Shown: positions 13,060 through 26,699 of the stretch, one piece after another
Numbering within the stretch: position 1 is the stretch's first letter
Layout: every line of letters begins with the position of its first letter
Assembly (NCBI GenBank): GCA_965202585.1
Contig: OZ241829.1
Location: 72,850,001 to 72,914,000 of the forward strand
Direction of reading: 5' to 3'
From: Thalia democratica
Lineage: Eukaryota
Length of the DNA stretch: 64,000 nucleotides
Made by a program: the position numbers and the translations under genes
The notes under the pieces: model-generated
Databases searched by the model: none
Seen by the model: the letters and a program-made list of their open reading frames with translations, nothing else
What the model was told of the DNA's origin: nothing

Positions 13060-14781
13060 ATGATAAAACTTAGATTAAGTTTTGATGTCAGCTTAAGCAA
13101 AGTTTTTCTGGGTATAGCTGGTATATCTGCTACAACTTGTGCATTTCAGCATTTCATTTCAAAGAACAATAAACCAAAAGACTGTTTTAAATATGATTTT
13201 GTTCAAAATAAAATAGACTCTACGATAGACAATAAAGTGTCAAATCTAGTTTCTGCAAAACCAACAGTTGAGCCCAAACTCTCTAAGGATAAATCAGCTA
13301 AAGATGACTTGAAAACCAGCAAATCTATAAAAGAGTTAGATAAATTTCCACTGAAAACTAAAGGCTATATATCTTTTAGTAAAAAAGTCTTTAGAAAGAG
13401 ATCAGTTTTTAAAGGTCAATACAAGTCAATCTGTGATAGTTCTATCTCAAAATCTGAATCAAGTTATGAAAGACATATTTCAGAAAATAAAGCATACAAA
13501 GCGAATATTAACGAAGAAAGTTCAGGTCAATTAAAAGGTGAAAGCATAAACGCTCTTGATAAAAGAGCTGGGATAGGAGCTAATGCAACTACTTCTAATG
13601 ACGATTTACAAATTGTTAACGAAAAATCTAAAGTAGAAATTAAAAAAGAGCCTGTAAATGAGCGTAGTTCAGAACAACTGAATGAAAAAAGAAATAAGGT
13701 TCTTGATAAGGAAAGTAGTTTGGAAGCTGATACAAGTACCTCTAATGTCGCTTTCCAAAATGAAGAAGAAAAATGTTCAGTAAATATGAAAAAGGAGCCT
13801 GTAAATGAAGGTATTCCAGAACAACTGGATGAAAATGTAAAAGTTCTTGACGAAGAATTTAGTTCAGAAGCTGATACAAGTACTACAAGTACTTCTAATG
13901 ACGATTTGCAAAATTTTAAGGTGAAATATAAACTACATATCAAAAAGAAGCATGTAAATAAAAAAAGTCGAAAGCATTTGCAAGATGAAAAAATAAAAGT
14001 TCTTGGCAAACAAGCTAGATTAAAAGGTAATGCAAGTACTACAAAAGACGGTTTGCAAACTGTTAATGTGATACCTAAGAAGAACAAAAGAAAAAGATCT
14101 GAAAATAAAATAGATAAACTTCGTAATGACCTACTTCAACAGCAAAGTGTTTTTAAAGAAACTCTTAGATTTATAAAAACTGAAGAAGCTGAACTCTACC
14201 AAAATCTAGATCAACTGAAAAAGGGGACACCAGCAGTTACTTTGTATAACAAAGTTTGCAATCGTCAAATTGAAATCCGTGAAAAGAAGACTGACCAAAA
14301 TTACAATGAAATAATGACAGCTTTTTTTAATGATGTTTGTGATTTAAAGGAGAAAGTATGGAAAGAAGCGGGAAGTAAACCAAAATATTCCACTACTCAG
14401 TTATCAAACAAAAAACAGAAAAATCTCATGGAAAAGTTTGATTGTATACAAAATGTGTTAAACATATTTGGGCGCATAGTTGAGGTCGTTTTGAGAGAAA
14501 TTGAATGTATGCTTGAATATTTAGAAGTTGATAAATCTAAAACTAAACTTTTCTTTGAAGTTTCGCAGAATTTACATAATGAATATAAAGAATGGACGAA
14601 AAAAATTCACATAATGTTTGATGGTTATGAAAATAATTTTGCTGGAGAAGCTATATGGAAAAATTTAGCTGATATTGAGAAAAATTTTTATTGTTTATAT
14701 GACAAGTTTTTCTGTATTTTTGATAATAGCTATAAGACTTTAGTTGAAGATGAGTATCAAAAATATAAGGATAGAGGTTAG
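13060..14781 (+). CDS. Unrecognised tandem family protein, copy 1 (subtype A, 573 aa)
   Basis: Intact single-exon ORF with N-terminal hydrophobic anchor, ~4 units of the 49-aa repeat and a helical C-terminal domain shared with 26700 and 56196. AATAAA at 14904. Confidence 0.9.
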   Translation: MIKLRLSFDVSLSKVFLGIAGISATTCAFQHFISKNNKPKDCFKYDFVQNKIDSTIDNKVSNLVSAKPTVEPKLSKDKSAKDDLKTSKSIKELDKFPLKTKGYISFSKKVFRKRSVFKGQYKSICDSSISKSESSYERHISENKAYKANINEESSGQLKGESINALDKRAGIGANATTSNDDLQIVNEKSKVEIKKEPVNERSSEQLNEKRNKVLDKESSLEADTSTSNVAFQNEEEKCSVNMKKEPVNEGIPEQLDENVKVLDEEFSSEADTSTTSTSNDDLQNFKVKYKLHIKKKHVNKKSRKHLQDEKIKVLGKQARLKGNASTTKDGLQTVNVIPKKNKRKRSENKIDKLRNDLLQQQSVFKETLRFIKTEEAELYQNLDQLKKGTPAVTLYNKVCNRQIEIREKKTDQNYNEIMTAFFNDVCDLKEKVWKEAGSKPKYSTTQLSNKKQKNLMEKFDCIQNVLNIFGRIVEVVLREIECMLEYLEVDKSKTKLFFEVSQNLHNEYKEWTKKIHIMFDGYENNFAGEAIWKNLADIEKNFYCLYDKFFCIFDNSYKTLVEDEYQKYKDRG

Positions 14782-14944
14782 AATATACTGACTTTAAAAC
14801 GTTTTTAGTTTGTGATTTATCTTTGGATTAGCTGTGTTTTTTTTTTTTTTACTGGTTTTTTGTTAAATAACAACCATTCTTTTTCATTTTTAGTTGTAAA
14901 ATCAATAAAATAAATAGTTCTGGATTTTTTTTCGTTTGGTTTTG

Positions 14945-17300
14945 TTTCCATTGAGTTTAGTTTTTGTAAACAGTCTTTTTATTATAAAAAAAAGAACTTT
15001 AGTTTGTATTTAAACAATAAACACTGTGTTATATTGAGTTTTTTCTGATTTTATTTTATTAAATACTGTAAGAAAAAACTGGAACTTAAAATGTTAGATA
15101 GTTTAAAAGAACTAAAAATTTTTAAATTATATTGAATTGTGATTTCTTTAAGATTGTAAAATATTATAAACCCAAAAAACCAATTTTAGAATTATTACAA
15201 GTATAAAAAGTATTAATATTCAACAAACAAATCTCAGCAGGTAAAAAACAATTTTCAAATAGAAAAAGACCTCTGTTTCTAATTTATCAATTGTTTAGAT
15301 TTTGTAAATTTTTAACTTTTCAACTTTTAATATTTGGCACAGTGATTTTCATTACTAGATTGAAAAATGTTTTTTTTTCAGTAAAAACTTTAAACAAATA
15401 AATTACTAAACGAATAAATGTTTTTAACGATTTTTTCCGAAATTTAATTTTATGTAAATGACTGTTAGTTTTCCTATTGTATAATCAACTATACAATATT
15501 GGTTAATTTGTTCATCTTATAACTAATACATGTTTATAATATTTTACTATATCTTCAGTATATTAATACATATCATCTAAATTAGAAGCTAAAGCTTATA
15601 AAACCTCTAATAAATTTCATCTATAAAATGCGATTACTTTAGTAATCAACGTTATAAGCTCATTAAATATATTTTAAAAGTTGCACAACAAGCAACTTAC
15701 TTAGCTGACGACATAAATGAAAAATATGTAGAAATTTTATACTATACACTTATGCTATAACATTTAGGTGTAAAGTATTTAAACTGATTTTTTATACTTT
15801 TAAAATGAATTTATTTTACTTCTAACCATAGTTTCCTAGTAATCAGTTAGAAGCGGCAATAAATATAATAGTCAAAAAAAGCAATTTAACAGTTTCTCTC
15901 ATTATCATATTAAAAAAATTCTGCAAACTAAACATACAAAAAAATTAAATCAAAATCGATAACATTTATAAAAGAAATGTATTTTTACCAACTGTATTTC
16001 AGCTATTTTAATTAATATTAACTCAAATTGTTTTGTCAAAACAATTATGAATTAATGTTTAATTCAGAAAAATACAATTACTCTATCGCTTTATAAAATT
16101 TGAAATTATAAATTATTGAAAACTATAACAAAAACCATTTTCTATTTAAAATTTCAGCGAGTAGACAAATATTATAAATTTTTAGACTATCGACAGTGGT
16201 TTATATGGAATTAAGAAACTTTATGTTAGTATTTGTCAAAAAAAATGAAATTCTACATTTTTTATAATTAGTGATTAAACTAAAGCTTTTAAGAAAAATA
16301 AAAATTCTTAAAATGGGTTATATTAATTTTTATAAATGTATAGACTTATCTTTTAAAAACTAAAGTTTGAAATATAAAATGTAAATTTTTATTTTGATGA
16401 CAATTTTTATAGTTCCCTTCAACACGAAAATGTAGGCTTTTGCCGATTTTACAGCTACTGGTTTCTTTTATCTAACAAACATGTTGAACAAGTCAAAGTT
16501 ACAATTTAATGTCAATTGTAACCGGCACCTTTCAGTTAAGTTCAACTGATTATTTTATATTTTAAAAGTTTATTTATTTTTGATTTTTAAGTACAATTTT
16601 ATTTTTTATGTCAACTAATTTTAAACTAACTTGTCTTATCAAGTTAAAGTTCAGTTCGAAGCAAAAGTTGCATTCAGCCAAAACTAAGCCCTGCTATAAT
16701 CTTTGCTTATGTGAACGTTATAAAACTTTTTTGTTTATATAATAAAAACTAGGTAAATATATTTATAAATGCTTGAAGTTTGTGTAAGTTATAAACCTAA
16801 ATCGAGGTAACAAAAGAATAATATTCTATATTAACTATTGAAAATATTAAATGTTACTTAAACCTTAAAGAAATTCTTGCTTTTCATTTTGTAAAATTTA
16901 CCAGTTTTATATGTTAAAATTTTAAAAGTGTTAAAGTATTAGCCGAATAATTCATAAGTGAAGTTCACAAAGTTTTTGAAAACAAGGTGTATATTAAGCA
17001 CATTTCATTGAAACTTTTTCGTTGTACAAATTGTAATGACAAATGTTACAACTAGTTAGATATACGCATAATTCTGAATTATCATTAGAACAAAAAACAC
17101 GATGTATCGAAAGATAGTGATCTGAATGTTTAACTACAAATTAAATTAAAGCTAATACTGCTTGAGTTTTTATGGTGTTCTTTTTTAATACAGAGAAGTT
17201 TTGATAATTTTATATTTTTAAATAAAAATGATATTGTATAAGTTCATTTGATTTTTTGTAAAACAAAAACATTTAAAGTCGTTTTTAATAAATTTTAGAC
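14945..17300 (+). repeat. Segmental duplication, paralogous to ~59020-62060 (partial further copies at ~41440-42330 and ~46540-46990)
   Basis: Co-linear similarity read directly, e.g. aacactgtgttatattgagttttttctgatttt and tagttagatatacgcataattctgaattat. The 59-62 kb copy carries an extra hAT MITE. Confidence 0.8.
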
Positions 17301-17364
17301 CTTTAAGACAGTTTAGTTTAATGTATTTAAACGGTATGGTATTAAAATGGCATTGAAAATTTTT

Positions 17365-18990
17365 TTCTGAACTGAAATGATATGAGGAAAACCTTACTAA
17401 AATGAAATAGTTTAAATTACCTACAAGTATATTTATTTTTTATTCTCGTAAAAAAAAAACCAAAATGTTATTTGAACTGAAATAGGTTTACGAGCAAACC
17501 TTAAAAAAAAACATGAATAAGTAAGACCGGCAATCCTAAAAGCTAAATTAAACGCCTAACTGTGTTCTTAGTTTTATTTGAGAGTCAAACAAAATATTTT
17601 ATCATAGTAATTTTAGTGTGTGCAAAACTCTAAATCAAAGTTGATAACACTTTTATCAGTATGAAAAAGCACTGTTTTATCAACTCAAGTGTGAAACCAT
17701 TAGTAAGTTCTACATTTCATTTAACTTTTTACAAAAAGTTGAGCAAAATTAAAAAGCTTTAAAGTGGTCTACCGGATCCGAAATTTCAGATTCGACTGAA
17801 TCCGAATCCGAGTTCAAAAAGTCTGAATCTTGGATTCGGTAGTTCACTAGAATTAAGCAACAAATTGTGAATTATAATAAGAAGTTCTTAGTTTTAAGTT
17901 ACTAAAATATTAAAAAAATACATATTATTCAAACTAAAAATTTAAATTAAATATAGTTTTAAGAATGATTTGAAAAATATATTTATCTTCTTTTTTGTGA
18001 AAAATTAAAACTTTAACTACTGGGTTTTTTATCTTTTTTATTTTTAATTAACTATCAAACGTTTGGTACAAGTTATTGCAATTATAGTTCTTAAAAAAAA
18101 TTTTTTAAAGATTGCTTTGACATACAACTAAATATGTAATTGACTTTAATTTAATAGAAAGTTTAAGAGTTTTCTTTCAGTTATTGCATAAATTTATTTA
18201 AACATTACAGATTTTAAATGACATAAAACAAATAAAAATTTAACAGCATAGGTTTTTTTGTTGTGTTCATTTGTTCGAAATAATAAAAAAGATAGTGGCG
18301 TTAACTCTATCTTTTAAACAAGACTATGTTTTCTACAAAAAAGCTTTAACATATATTTTTGTTAACCAACAAAAAAGTTCACTAAGTAATAAGATACTTA
18401 CTAATATTCTTGTATAGTTTGTTCAAGAAACTTTTAATGAAGTTCATGATATTTTGTTTGACAAATAAAAATAAATGCAGAAAATATAATAGTTCAACTA
18501 TAGACTATTTTTTTAAGTTTATTAAAATTCAAAACTTTAATAAAATAAGTAACTATGTATTTTTATTTTAAGTAAAAACCATTTTTAGCTGTTTAAGTAG
18601 ATAGTGAAAATTTATTAGCTTATTTGTAAATTAAGAAAAAGTAGTACTTATTCAAAAATGCTGGCAAATATGAAAGTAAGTTAATAAAGAGTTATTCTTA
18701 GTTTAAATATTTACCCTAGTTAGCTGATTATTGCAAACATACTAAAACATAAAATAATATTTAGTAATTTAAATATGAGTATTTAATATGTTAGATATTC
18801 GTTATACTTAAACACAAAAAGATTTTCTGATTTGCTAAATTTGAAATAAACTTTTATAGTTTAAATTTTATTTAAATATTTTTAATGGAAATATTTACTA
18901 GCTTACGTCTTTAATTTAAAATTGTTGAAAAATTTATTCTTTTTTTGTTGTAACGTTTTACTTAAAACAGTTAATTATTATTTTATGTTA
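17365..18990 (+). repeat. Duplicate of upstream region ~11120-13030
   Basis: Co-linear match including the right end of the 9323-11628 transposon (ggattcggtagttcactag at ~17832-17849), without the 11690-11927 insertion. Confidence 0.85.
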
Positions 18991-19018
18991 CAGGTGAGTA
19001 CTTAGTGAAATTAGTAAA

Positions 19019-20582
19019 ATGATAAAACTTCAATTTCGTTTTTATGTTAGTTTGAGCAAAGTTATTCTGAGTGTAGCTGGTATATCTGCTTCTATTTGTG
19101 CACTTCATTATTTCACTCCAAAGACCAATAAACTAAAAGGCTGTTTGAAATATGATGTCGTACAAAATAAAATTGACTAAAAGAAACACAACAAAGCGTC
19201 AAGTCTAGTTTCTGCAAAACCAAACGTTGAGCCCAAACTCACTAAGGATAAATCTGCTAAAGATGACACCATAAACAGCAAACCTGAAAACAGCTTAGAT
19301 AAATTTCAAATTAAAAGTAAAGGCTATATATGTTTTAGTAAACCAGTCTTCAGAAAAAGATCAAATTCTAAAGTTGAAAACAATTTAAACGGTGAAAGAT
19401 TAATCTCAAAGTCTGATTTAAACTGTGAAAGACAATTCTTAGAAAAGAAAGCTAACAAAGCGAGTATTAACAAAGAAAGTCTAGACCTATTGGTAGAAAA
19501 AAGTGTTAAAGTTCTTAACAATAATGTTAGTTTAAGATCTAATAAAACTACTTTTGATGAAAACTTGCAAGCTATTGGACAAAAAACTGAAATGTATAGA
19601 AAAAACGAGTCTGTAAATAAAAAAAGTCCAGACGAATTAAAAGATGAAAATATAAATGTTGTTGGAAAGGAAAATAGTTTAGAAACTGATAGAAGTACTT
19701 CTAATGACGATTTGCACATTCTTGAGGAAAAATATAAAGTAAATATTAAAAAGAAGCTTGTAAATGAAGAAAGTCCAGACCAATTGAAAGATGAAGTTAT
19801 AAAATTTCTTGACAAGAAAGCTAGTTCAAAAGGTAATTCAAATACTTCCATTGATGATTTGCAAGTTAAGAAGAAATATATAGTTGATAATAAAAAGGAG
19901 GCTAACAATAAAGTTATAAAACTTCGTAATGATTTAAATCAGCAGAACAAATTATTTGTAGAGACCTTAAAACTAATAAATGATGAACTTAAAGAGCTGA
20001 AGAATGATCTTGGTCAGTTGGACGAAGTTTCTTCAATTAATGTATTATATGATAAAATGTTGAACCGGAAAACGGAAATCCTTAAAAACTTATATAAACA
20101 AAAACGTAGTGAAGTTTTAAAACAGTTTATCCAAATATTTTCAGTATTCAGTTTAAAGTTTGGAAAAAAGCTCGATACGTTATGGTAAAAATATAATTGA
20201 AAGAAATAAAAACATTATTGATATGTTTGTAATTGTGGAGGCTATTTTATCAAATATTAAGGACTTATTTACGACAACTTTAAAAAGAGTTAGCTTTATG
20301 CTGAAGTATATGGATGAAACAGACAATAACAAAACAACTCATATCTATTATACACTAGAACAGCTTAAAAAGGATGACGATGAATGTCAAAAGATGTGTT
20401 TAAATACATTGCGGGAATTTGCAAACCTAAATAGTACTTTAAAAGAAGATGTCAATAAATATTTAGAAAGTTTTTCAAACTTGTTTGAAAAGTTGTATTA
20501 CATATGTGCTAATAGCTACAGAACTTTAGTTGAAGATCAAAAAAGTAACTATGTTTTACCGCTACGCTCTATGTTAGTTTAG
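19019..20582 (+). pseudogene. Family copy 2 (subtype B), disrupted
   Basis: ATG 19019 follows ttacAG|GTGAGT (GT at 18994). TAA at 19178-19180 where a paralog has TCA. Relative to copy 7 there is a 1-nt deletion ~20130, a 10-nt deletion ~20171 and a 1-nt deletion in the terminal A-run. Explains ORF-track fragments 19490..20188 and 20160..20582. Confidence 0.85.
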
Positions 20583-21419
20583 TTTGTTTTCGTTCATACC
20601 GTTTAGTTTTGTTTGTTAATTGACTTTAGTTTTCGTGTATCATGAAAAAATATTTTTGTATAAATTAATAAATCAATGCACTACGTTCTGACTTTATATA
20701 GTGGATAAAAAAAACTTAGTGATATATTATTTTCTAACTAAAAAACTTATTTTTTTTTAATAAAGGTAAAACATCAAAAATACTGGAATAAAACTAGACT
20801 AAAACTTGTGATAGAACAACTTGTCTTAAATGTTTTAGTCTCTAGATGTAAAATATATAAACTGATAAATGTAACTTTTTATATGAATTTAAAGAAATAA
20901 TTTTAAATAACTTAAAAACTGATATCAAGTTAATAGTCATATTTTCCTGGTAATCAGTAAAATTATTGTATTATAATGTACTTAGTTTAGCCATCGTTGT
21001 GCATGAAGCACGACAGATGTCAAGACTTTGTATTATTAGTAGTAATTATTAGTAAGACCTATTTTGTATTTAAGATTGTGACAATCTGACACTAAAAGAA
21101 CATTATTAAGACATTTTGATTTGTAAAACTTGGTGTTTATTTGTTGTGTTTATATTCGCAGTTTTTTTCTACTGATAAATTGGCTGCTTTGTCATTCTAC
21201 TTTCTAGTTATCATACTAATATCACATATTCAATAAACTCACTTTATTAATTAAATTATTTGTATAAATGTATTACATACTTATTAATTACTAAGTTGAA
21301 CCTAATGAGTAAGTAAATTCAGTAAAAGCCTCAAAAGCTAAACGCGCTGAGCGTTTAGCACTAAAAAGGGGGCTTCCCCCAATTGAAGGTAGTTCATACC
21401 ACATGCCCTGGAGGACTAC

Positions 21420-21790
21420 ACCCAAACTTCACTTTTTTCACAGGTTGACTCATAGCTAATGAATTATTTCTTTCCATCTAGATATGAGCTGATTAGTAGA
21501 TGTATATTTCCTTTTACACCATATCATTCGAGTTTCCTTAGTAAGATATTTCTATGTACACTATCAAATGCTTTACTTGAATCCAAAAGACTGCATAGAC
21601 TGCTTTTTTTTTCATCAAACTTTAACACAACACCTTCAACAAACTAAAACAAAGCTAAGGTGGTGGAATAATTATGTCGAGAGCCAAACTCAGAATTATT
21701 TAAAACTTTATTAAAAAAACTGTGCAGGTGATTATGTAACAAAATATACATTTTGTTATTTTTTAAATGACCGCCAGGGGGTGTTAGACG
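21420..21790 (-). mobile_element. CR1/L2-type non-LTR retrotransposon RT fragment
   Basis: Minus strand reads LLDSSKAFDSVHRNILLRKLE plus an xGSRHNYST segment; paralogous to 50075-50400. Confidence 0.75.
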
Positions 21791-21903
21791 ATTTTTTAGA
21801 AAATAATACAACAAAACGTTAACAATGTTTGCTATAATGCTAATTAGCCTCTAGCATGCACACTACGCGTAGCTCAATATGTTGTTAGTTATTTTTGTTT
21901 TTG

Positions 21904-22195
21904 GCTCAGTTAGCTATAAGATCGTGCAAAAAGCACACTAATTTTAAAAACTTAAGACAATAATTAAATTTCAGAACTTTGATATGATTGTCATTTTATA
22001 AGAACTTTATTTTTTTTATAACTGTATTGTAATGTGCTTAGTTAAGCCATAAGACCGTGCGAGAGGCACACGAATTGATTTTAAGATTTTTTTTATTATT
22101 TTCGTTTTATAAGATCTTGATACTTATTTGCATTTTTGTATTATATTTGCTTAGTTCAGCAATAAGATCGTGCAAGAAGCACATAAGAACTTAAG
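21904..22195. repeat. Three imperfect copies of gcttagttnagcnataagatcgtgcaagaagcac
   Basis: Copies at ~21904, ~22036 and ~22149, between the duplicated blocks ~21050-21420 and ~22208-22580; probably retroelement UTR. Confidence 0.6.
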
Positions 22196-22589
22196 ACTCT
22201 GATTGACTAGTAAGACCTATTTCTGTATTTAAGATTGTGACTTTAAGAAACACTAAGACACTATTGAGAATAATTAAATTTGTAAAATTTGGTGTTTATT
22301 TGTTGTGTTTATATTCGCAGTTTTATTCTACTGATAAATTGGCTGCTTTGTAATTCTACTTTCTATTTTTCACATTAACTTTACGTTTTCAATAAACTCA
22401 CTTCACTAAAGAAATTATTTATATTAAGTTTATTACATACTTATTAATTACTAAGTCAAACCTAATGAGTAAGGTAAACTCAGTAAAATCCTTAATTGCA
22501 AAACGCTTAGAGCGTTTAGCACAAAAAAGGGGACTTCCCCCAATTGAAGGTAGTTCCTACTACAGGCCCTTTAGGACTACAATCATAAA

Positions 22590-25011
22590 TTTATTTTCAA
22601 TTATTTTTTAAAATTAGATAGAAGTGAAATGGGTCTATAATTTCCTGGTAAAGTTTTCAATCCTGATTTAAAAATTTGTATTACTTTTGAAAGTTTTATA
22701 CTACTTGGATAAACACCTTTAGAGAATGCCTGCTATAGTTAAAAAAAGCAAAAGTATAGTAAATCATCAGCAATCTTACGTTATCTGTAAACAGAACTTT
22801 CATATTTAATATTTTTAATTCAAATTAAAGAAATAAATTAGTTACAAAAGTAGTTTTCATCCATTTTATCATACTTCATAATAAATGAAAAAAAGTATAG
22901 AAGTTTAAAGTTTTCTTTTTAAACACTATGAGTTTTGTTTTTTACTACAACTTCTTATTAATTAATTTACACTTTAACACAGTGGTATTAAAAGTAATTA
23001 TTTTAAACAATGTTTTATAAATAAACTAAAAATATTTATCAACAACACTTACAATGTAGTATTTTAAACATTTATGTGTCTAGTACTAATGAAAATGTTT
23101 AACACAGTTTTGTATAATACAAAAATTATCTATCAAAAATATTTGTAATAAGCTGAACAAATTTAAATCGTAAAAAACCACTTATATTAACTTTATATTA
23201 AAAAACTTTTATGACATTGTGTTTAATATAATTTTTTTTACTGTTTAATTTATTTTTACAGTAAAAAGCATTTTATAACCATAAAATTGTACAAAAATGA
23301 CAAAACAATTACCGATTCAATGTTATTTATTTTCCTAGTGTTCCATTTTTTATTTAAGCATTATAAATTCTTAGAATTTTTATTATAATCTAAGTGGTCA
23401 TAATTGTATATTTTTCTCTTTTTTAAAACTTCTCCAATTTTTTTTTTAAATTGTTGTGCTTAAAATATTAATATAATCATCTAAGACACAAGTTTGTACA
23501 ATTTTTCTCAGAAACTGATTAAAATACTGCACAAACTTACTGTGTTTTATTTATGAAATAAATGTACAAGTTTCAAAAGTACAATGTTTTTGTTAATTGC
23601 TTATGAACTTTAAGTTTTTATTCTAACTGTTTTAAAATTAAGCAGTTTAATTTTATTTTAGCACATTACAAACAAGTCAGATGAGATGTATACAACCTAA
23701 TGAAGTTTTGTAAACCTTGTTGAAGCTAGTAACATATTTAATTATTAAAATCTGACAGTACCCCTTCAACATATTCAGACTGAATTGATTATATCGAAAG
23801 CCAAACTCAGAGTTGTTTAAAACTTTATTAAAAAAAAACTGTAAAGGCGATCATAGATTACTTTTTAAATTATTATTTTTTTAATTAGATAGAAGTGTAA
23901 TGGGTCTATAATTTCCTGGTAAAGTATTTAATCCTGATTTAAAAATTGGTATTACTTTTGAAAGTTTTAGACTACTTGGATAAACACCTTTAGAGAATGC
24001 CTGTTATAGTTATAACTATTATAATTAAAAATAAAAACAAAAGTATTTTAAATCATCAGGAATCTTACGTTATCTCATCTGTAAACAGTACTTACATATT
24101 TATTTGTTTTTTTTAATTTAAGAAATAATATAGTTACAAGAGCAGTTTTCATCCATTTTTTTCATACTTCATATTAAATGAAAAAAAGTATAGAAGTTTA
24201 AAGTTTTCTTTTCAAACACTATGAATTTTGTTAATATTATAACTTCTTTAACACAGTGATGCTAAAAGTAATTATTTTAAATAATATTTTATAAATAAAC
24301 TAAAAATATTTATATACAACAATTACAATGTAGTATTTTGAACATTTATGTGTGTATTACTAATAAAAATGTTTAGCACAGTTTTGTATAATACAAAAAT
24401 TATCTATCAAAAATATTTGTAATAAACTGAACAAAGTTAAATCGTAAAAATAAATTTAAATTATCTTTATTTAAAAAATTTTTTGAGACCTTGTGTTTTA
24501 TATAATTGATTTTACTGTTTTATTAATTTTTACAGTAAAAAGCATTTTATAACCATTAAATTGTACAAAAATAACAAAACAATTACACTTTAATGTTATT
24601 TATTTTCCTAGTGTTCTATTTTTATTTAGGCATTATATATTCTTAGAATTTTTATTTTACTTTAAGTAGTCATAATTGTAAAATTTTCTCTGTTTTAAAA
24701 ATTATTTACCATTTTTTTTTTAACAACTGTTGTGCTTAAGAATATCAATAAAATCATCTAAGACACAATTTTTTACAAATTTTTTTCAGAAACTGATGAA
24801 AATACTGCACAAACTTTCTGTGTTTTATTTATGAAATAAATGTACAAGTTTCAAAAGTACAATGTTTTTGTTAATTGCTTATGAACTTTAAGTTTTTATT
24901 CTAACTGTTTTAAAATTAAGCAGTTTAATTTTATTTTAGCACATTACAAACAAGTCAGATGAGATGTATACAACCTAATGAAGTTTTGTAAACCTTGTTG
25001 AAGCTAGTAAC
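22590..25011 (+). repeat. Tandem duplication, offset ~1.28 kb (22590-23733 / ~23870-25011); third partial copy ~50390-51160
   Basis: Co-linear diverged copies that end in a 194-bp identical block. Confidence 0.85.
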
Positions 25012-26699
25012 TTACAATACCAAGGTATAAGTTTATCAAAAGTTAATAAATAAAGTTTAAAACACACACTATTTATAGTTATACAAATTATCTAAAAATC
25101 TGAATACAATTTTCACTTAAAAACATTTGCAGGATTGTGCAAATACTTGTTTATGAAATTTAAGTTTGTTAAACACATATAGTACTTGTTGTAACTGGTT
25201 TCAGTTTATGCTATTAATCAAACTTTAGTTTCTTCAAAACTTAAAGTTTTGAAGTTAATAAAGAGAAAACTTAAATAAGTCCTTAAAAGCAATTATTTTT
25301 TTTTTTTAATTTAAAATAAATATATGAAATGAAATAATTAGTTTAAATCGTTTGAAGTCACTCATAAAAATTCTAAAAACTGTTTTTTGTATAACTTTTA
25401 AATATTAAGCCATAGTCTATAAAAAACGAAAAAATGTGTTTTCAGTTTGTAAAATATATGTTTTATGTTTTTACTAGTTTACCCTTAAATATTCAAAACA
25501 TTACACTATATATAAATATTTGTTATCTTATTAAATTAATAACTTATTGTTTGTTAACAAAAAAGTTAATATGTGTTTTTTTTAATGATTAATTAATAGA
25601 TTTTAAAAAAAAACTATATTTAAATCAAAAATTGACTTAAAAAAATTCTAAGAATGATAAATATTATATTTTAATACAAAAAATAATGATTGATTTTGTT
25701 TTTAATTTTTACCTTTTTTATTTTAAACTAATTTTCTAATATTTGTTAGACAATTCAATTATAACTCTTTACTTAGTAGTTTTTGCTTATTCTTTAATAA
25801 GTAAGTTTTGTGTAGACTAAACATAAATACGCTAGTTATATTGAATTAAATAAAAAGTTTAATAACTGCTTTTTACTGTAAAAAGTTATTGACGGAAAAC
25901 AGCTTTTAAATGACATAAAACATATATAAATTTAACAACATAGTTTTTGTAGTTTACACTTGTTTAATATAAAAACAATAAATAACGGAGTTATTTCCGT
26001 CTTTTGAACAAGCCTAGGTTAAAACTAAAAAAATATAAAATAGGTTGTTATAATTGATACAGTACAGAGCTCAATAAGATACATAGTAAAATTTTTGTAT
26101 TGTTTGATAAAGAGATTGAAAAAAGAGTTTGTTATATTCAATTAATCAAACGAAGATAAATGAACAAAATATGCTACTTCTTGGTATTGTTTAATTTTTT
26201 ATGTTTAAAAATATTTAAAAAAAAATTTGGAACAATTAAATATATATTTTGAATGTTAACAAAGACCCTTTTTTTTAACTTTAGTTTAGCTTCGATAGCT
26301 TTAATGTGTAGCATTAAAAAAAGGAGTAATTAATTAATAAAATTTCAAAAATAAGGTAAATTAAGTTAATTATCAGTCTTAACTTTATAACTTAAGATAG
26401 CTAAATGCTACAAAAATACTACAATCTTAAGTAATACACCTGCAATTTAAATGACAGTTTTCAGTAAGTTTAGATATTTTAAAACCTTAAAAATAGATTA
26501 TATGATTTGATGATTAAGTTTCAAAATAAACTGTTATGAATTTATTTTATTGTGATGATTTTGCAAAGAGATAGCTGCCAGCATATCTCTTTAATGTAAA
26601 AGTTTTGAAACATTTTTATCAATAAATTATTAATTGATTTTATTACAAACAGTTGACTAACATTCTACTTACAGGTGAATAGTTAGTATAACTGGTAAA

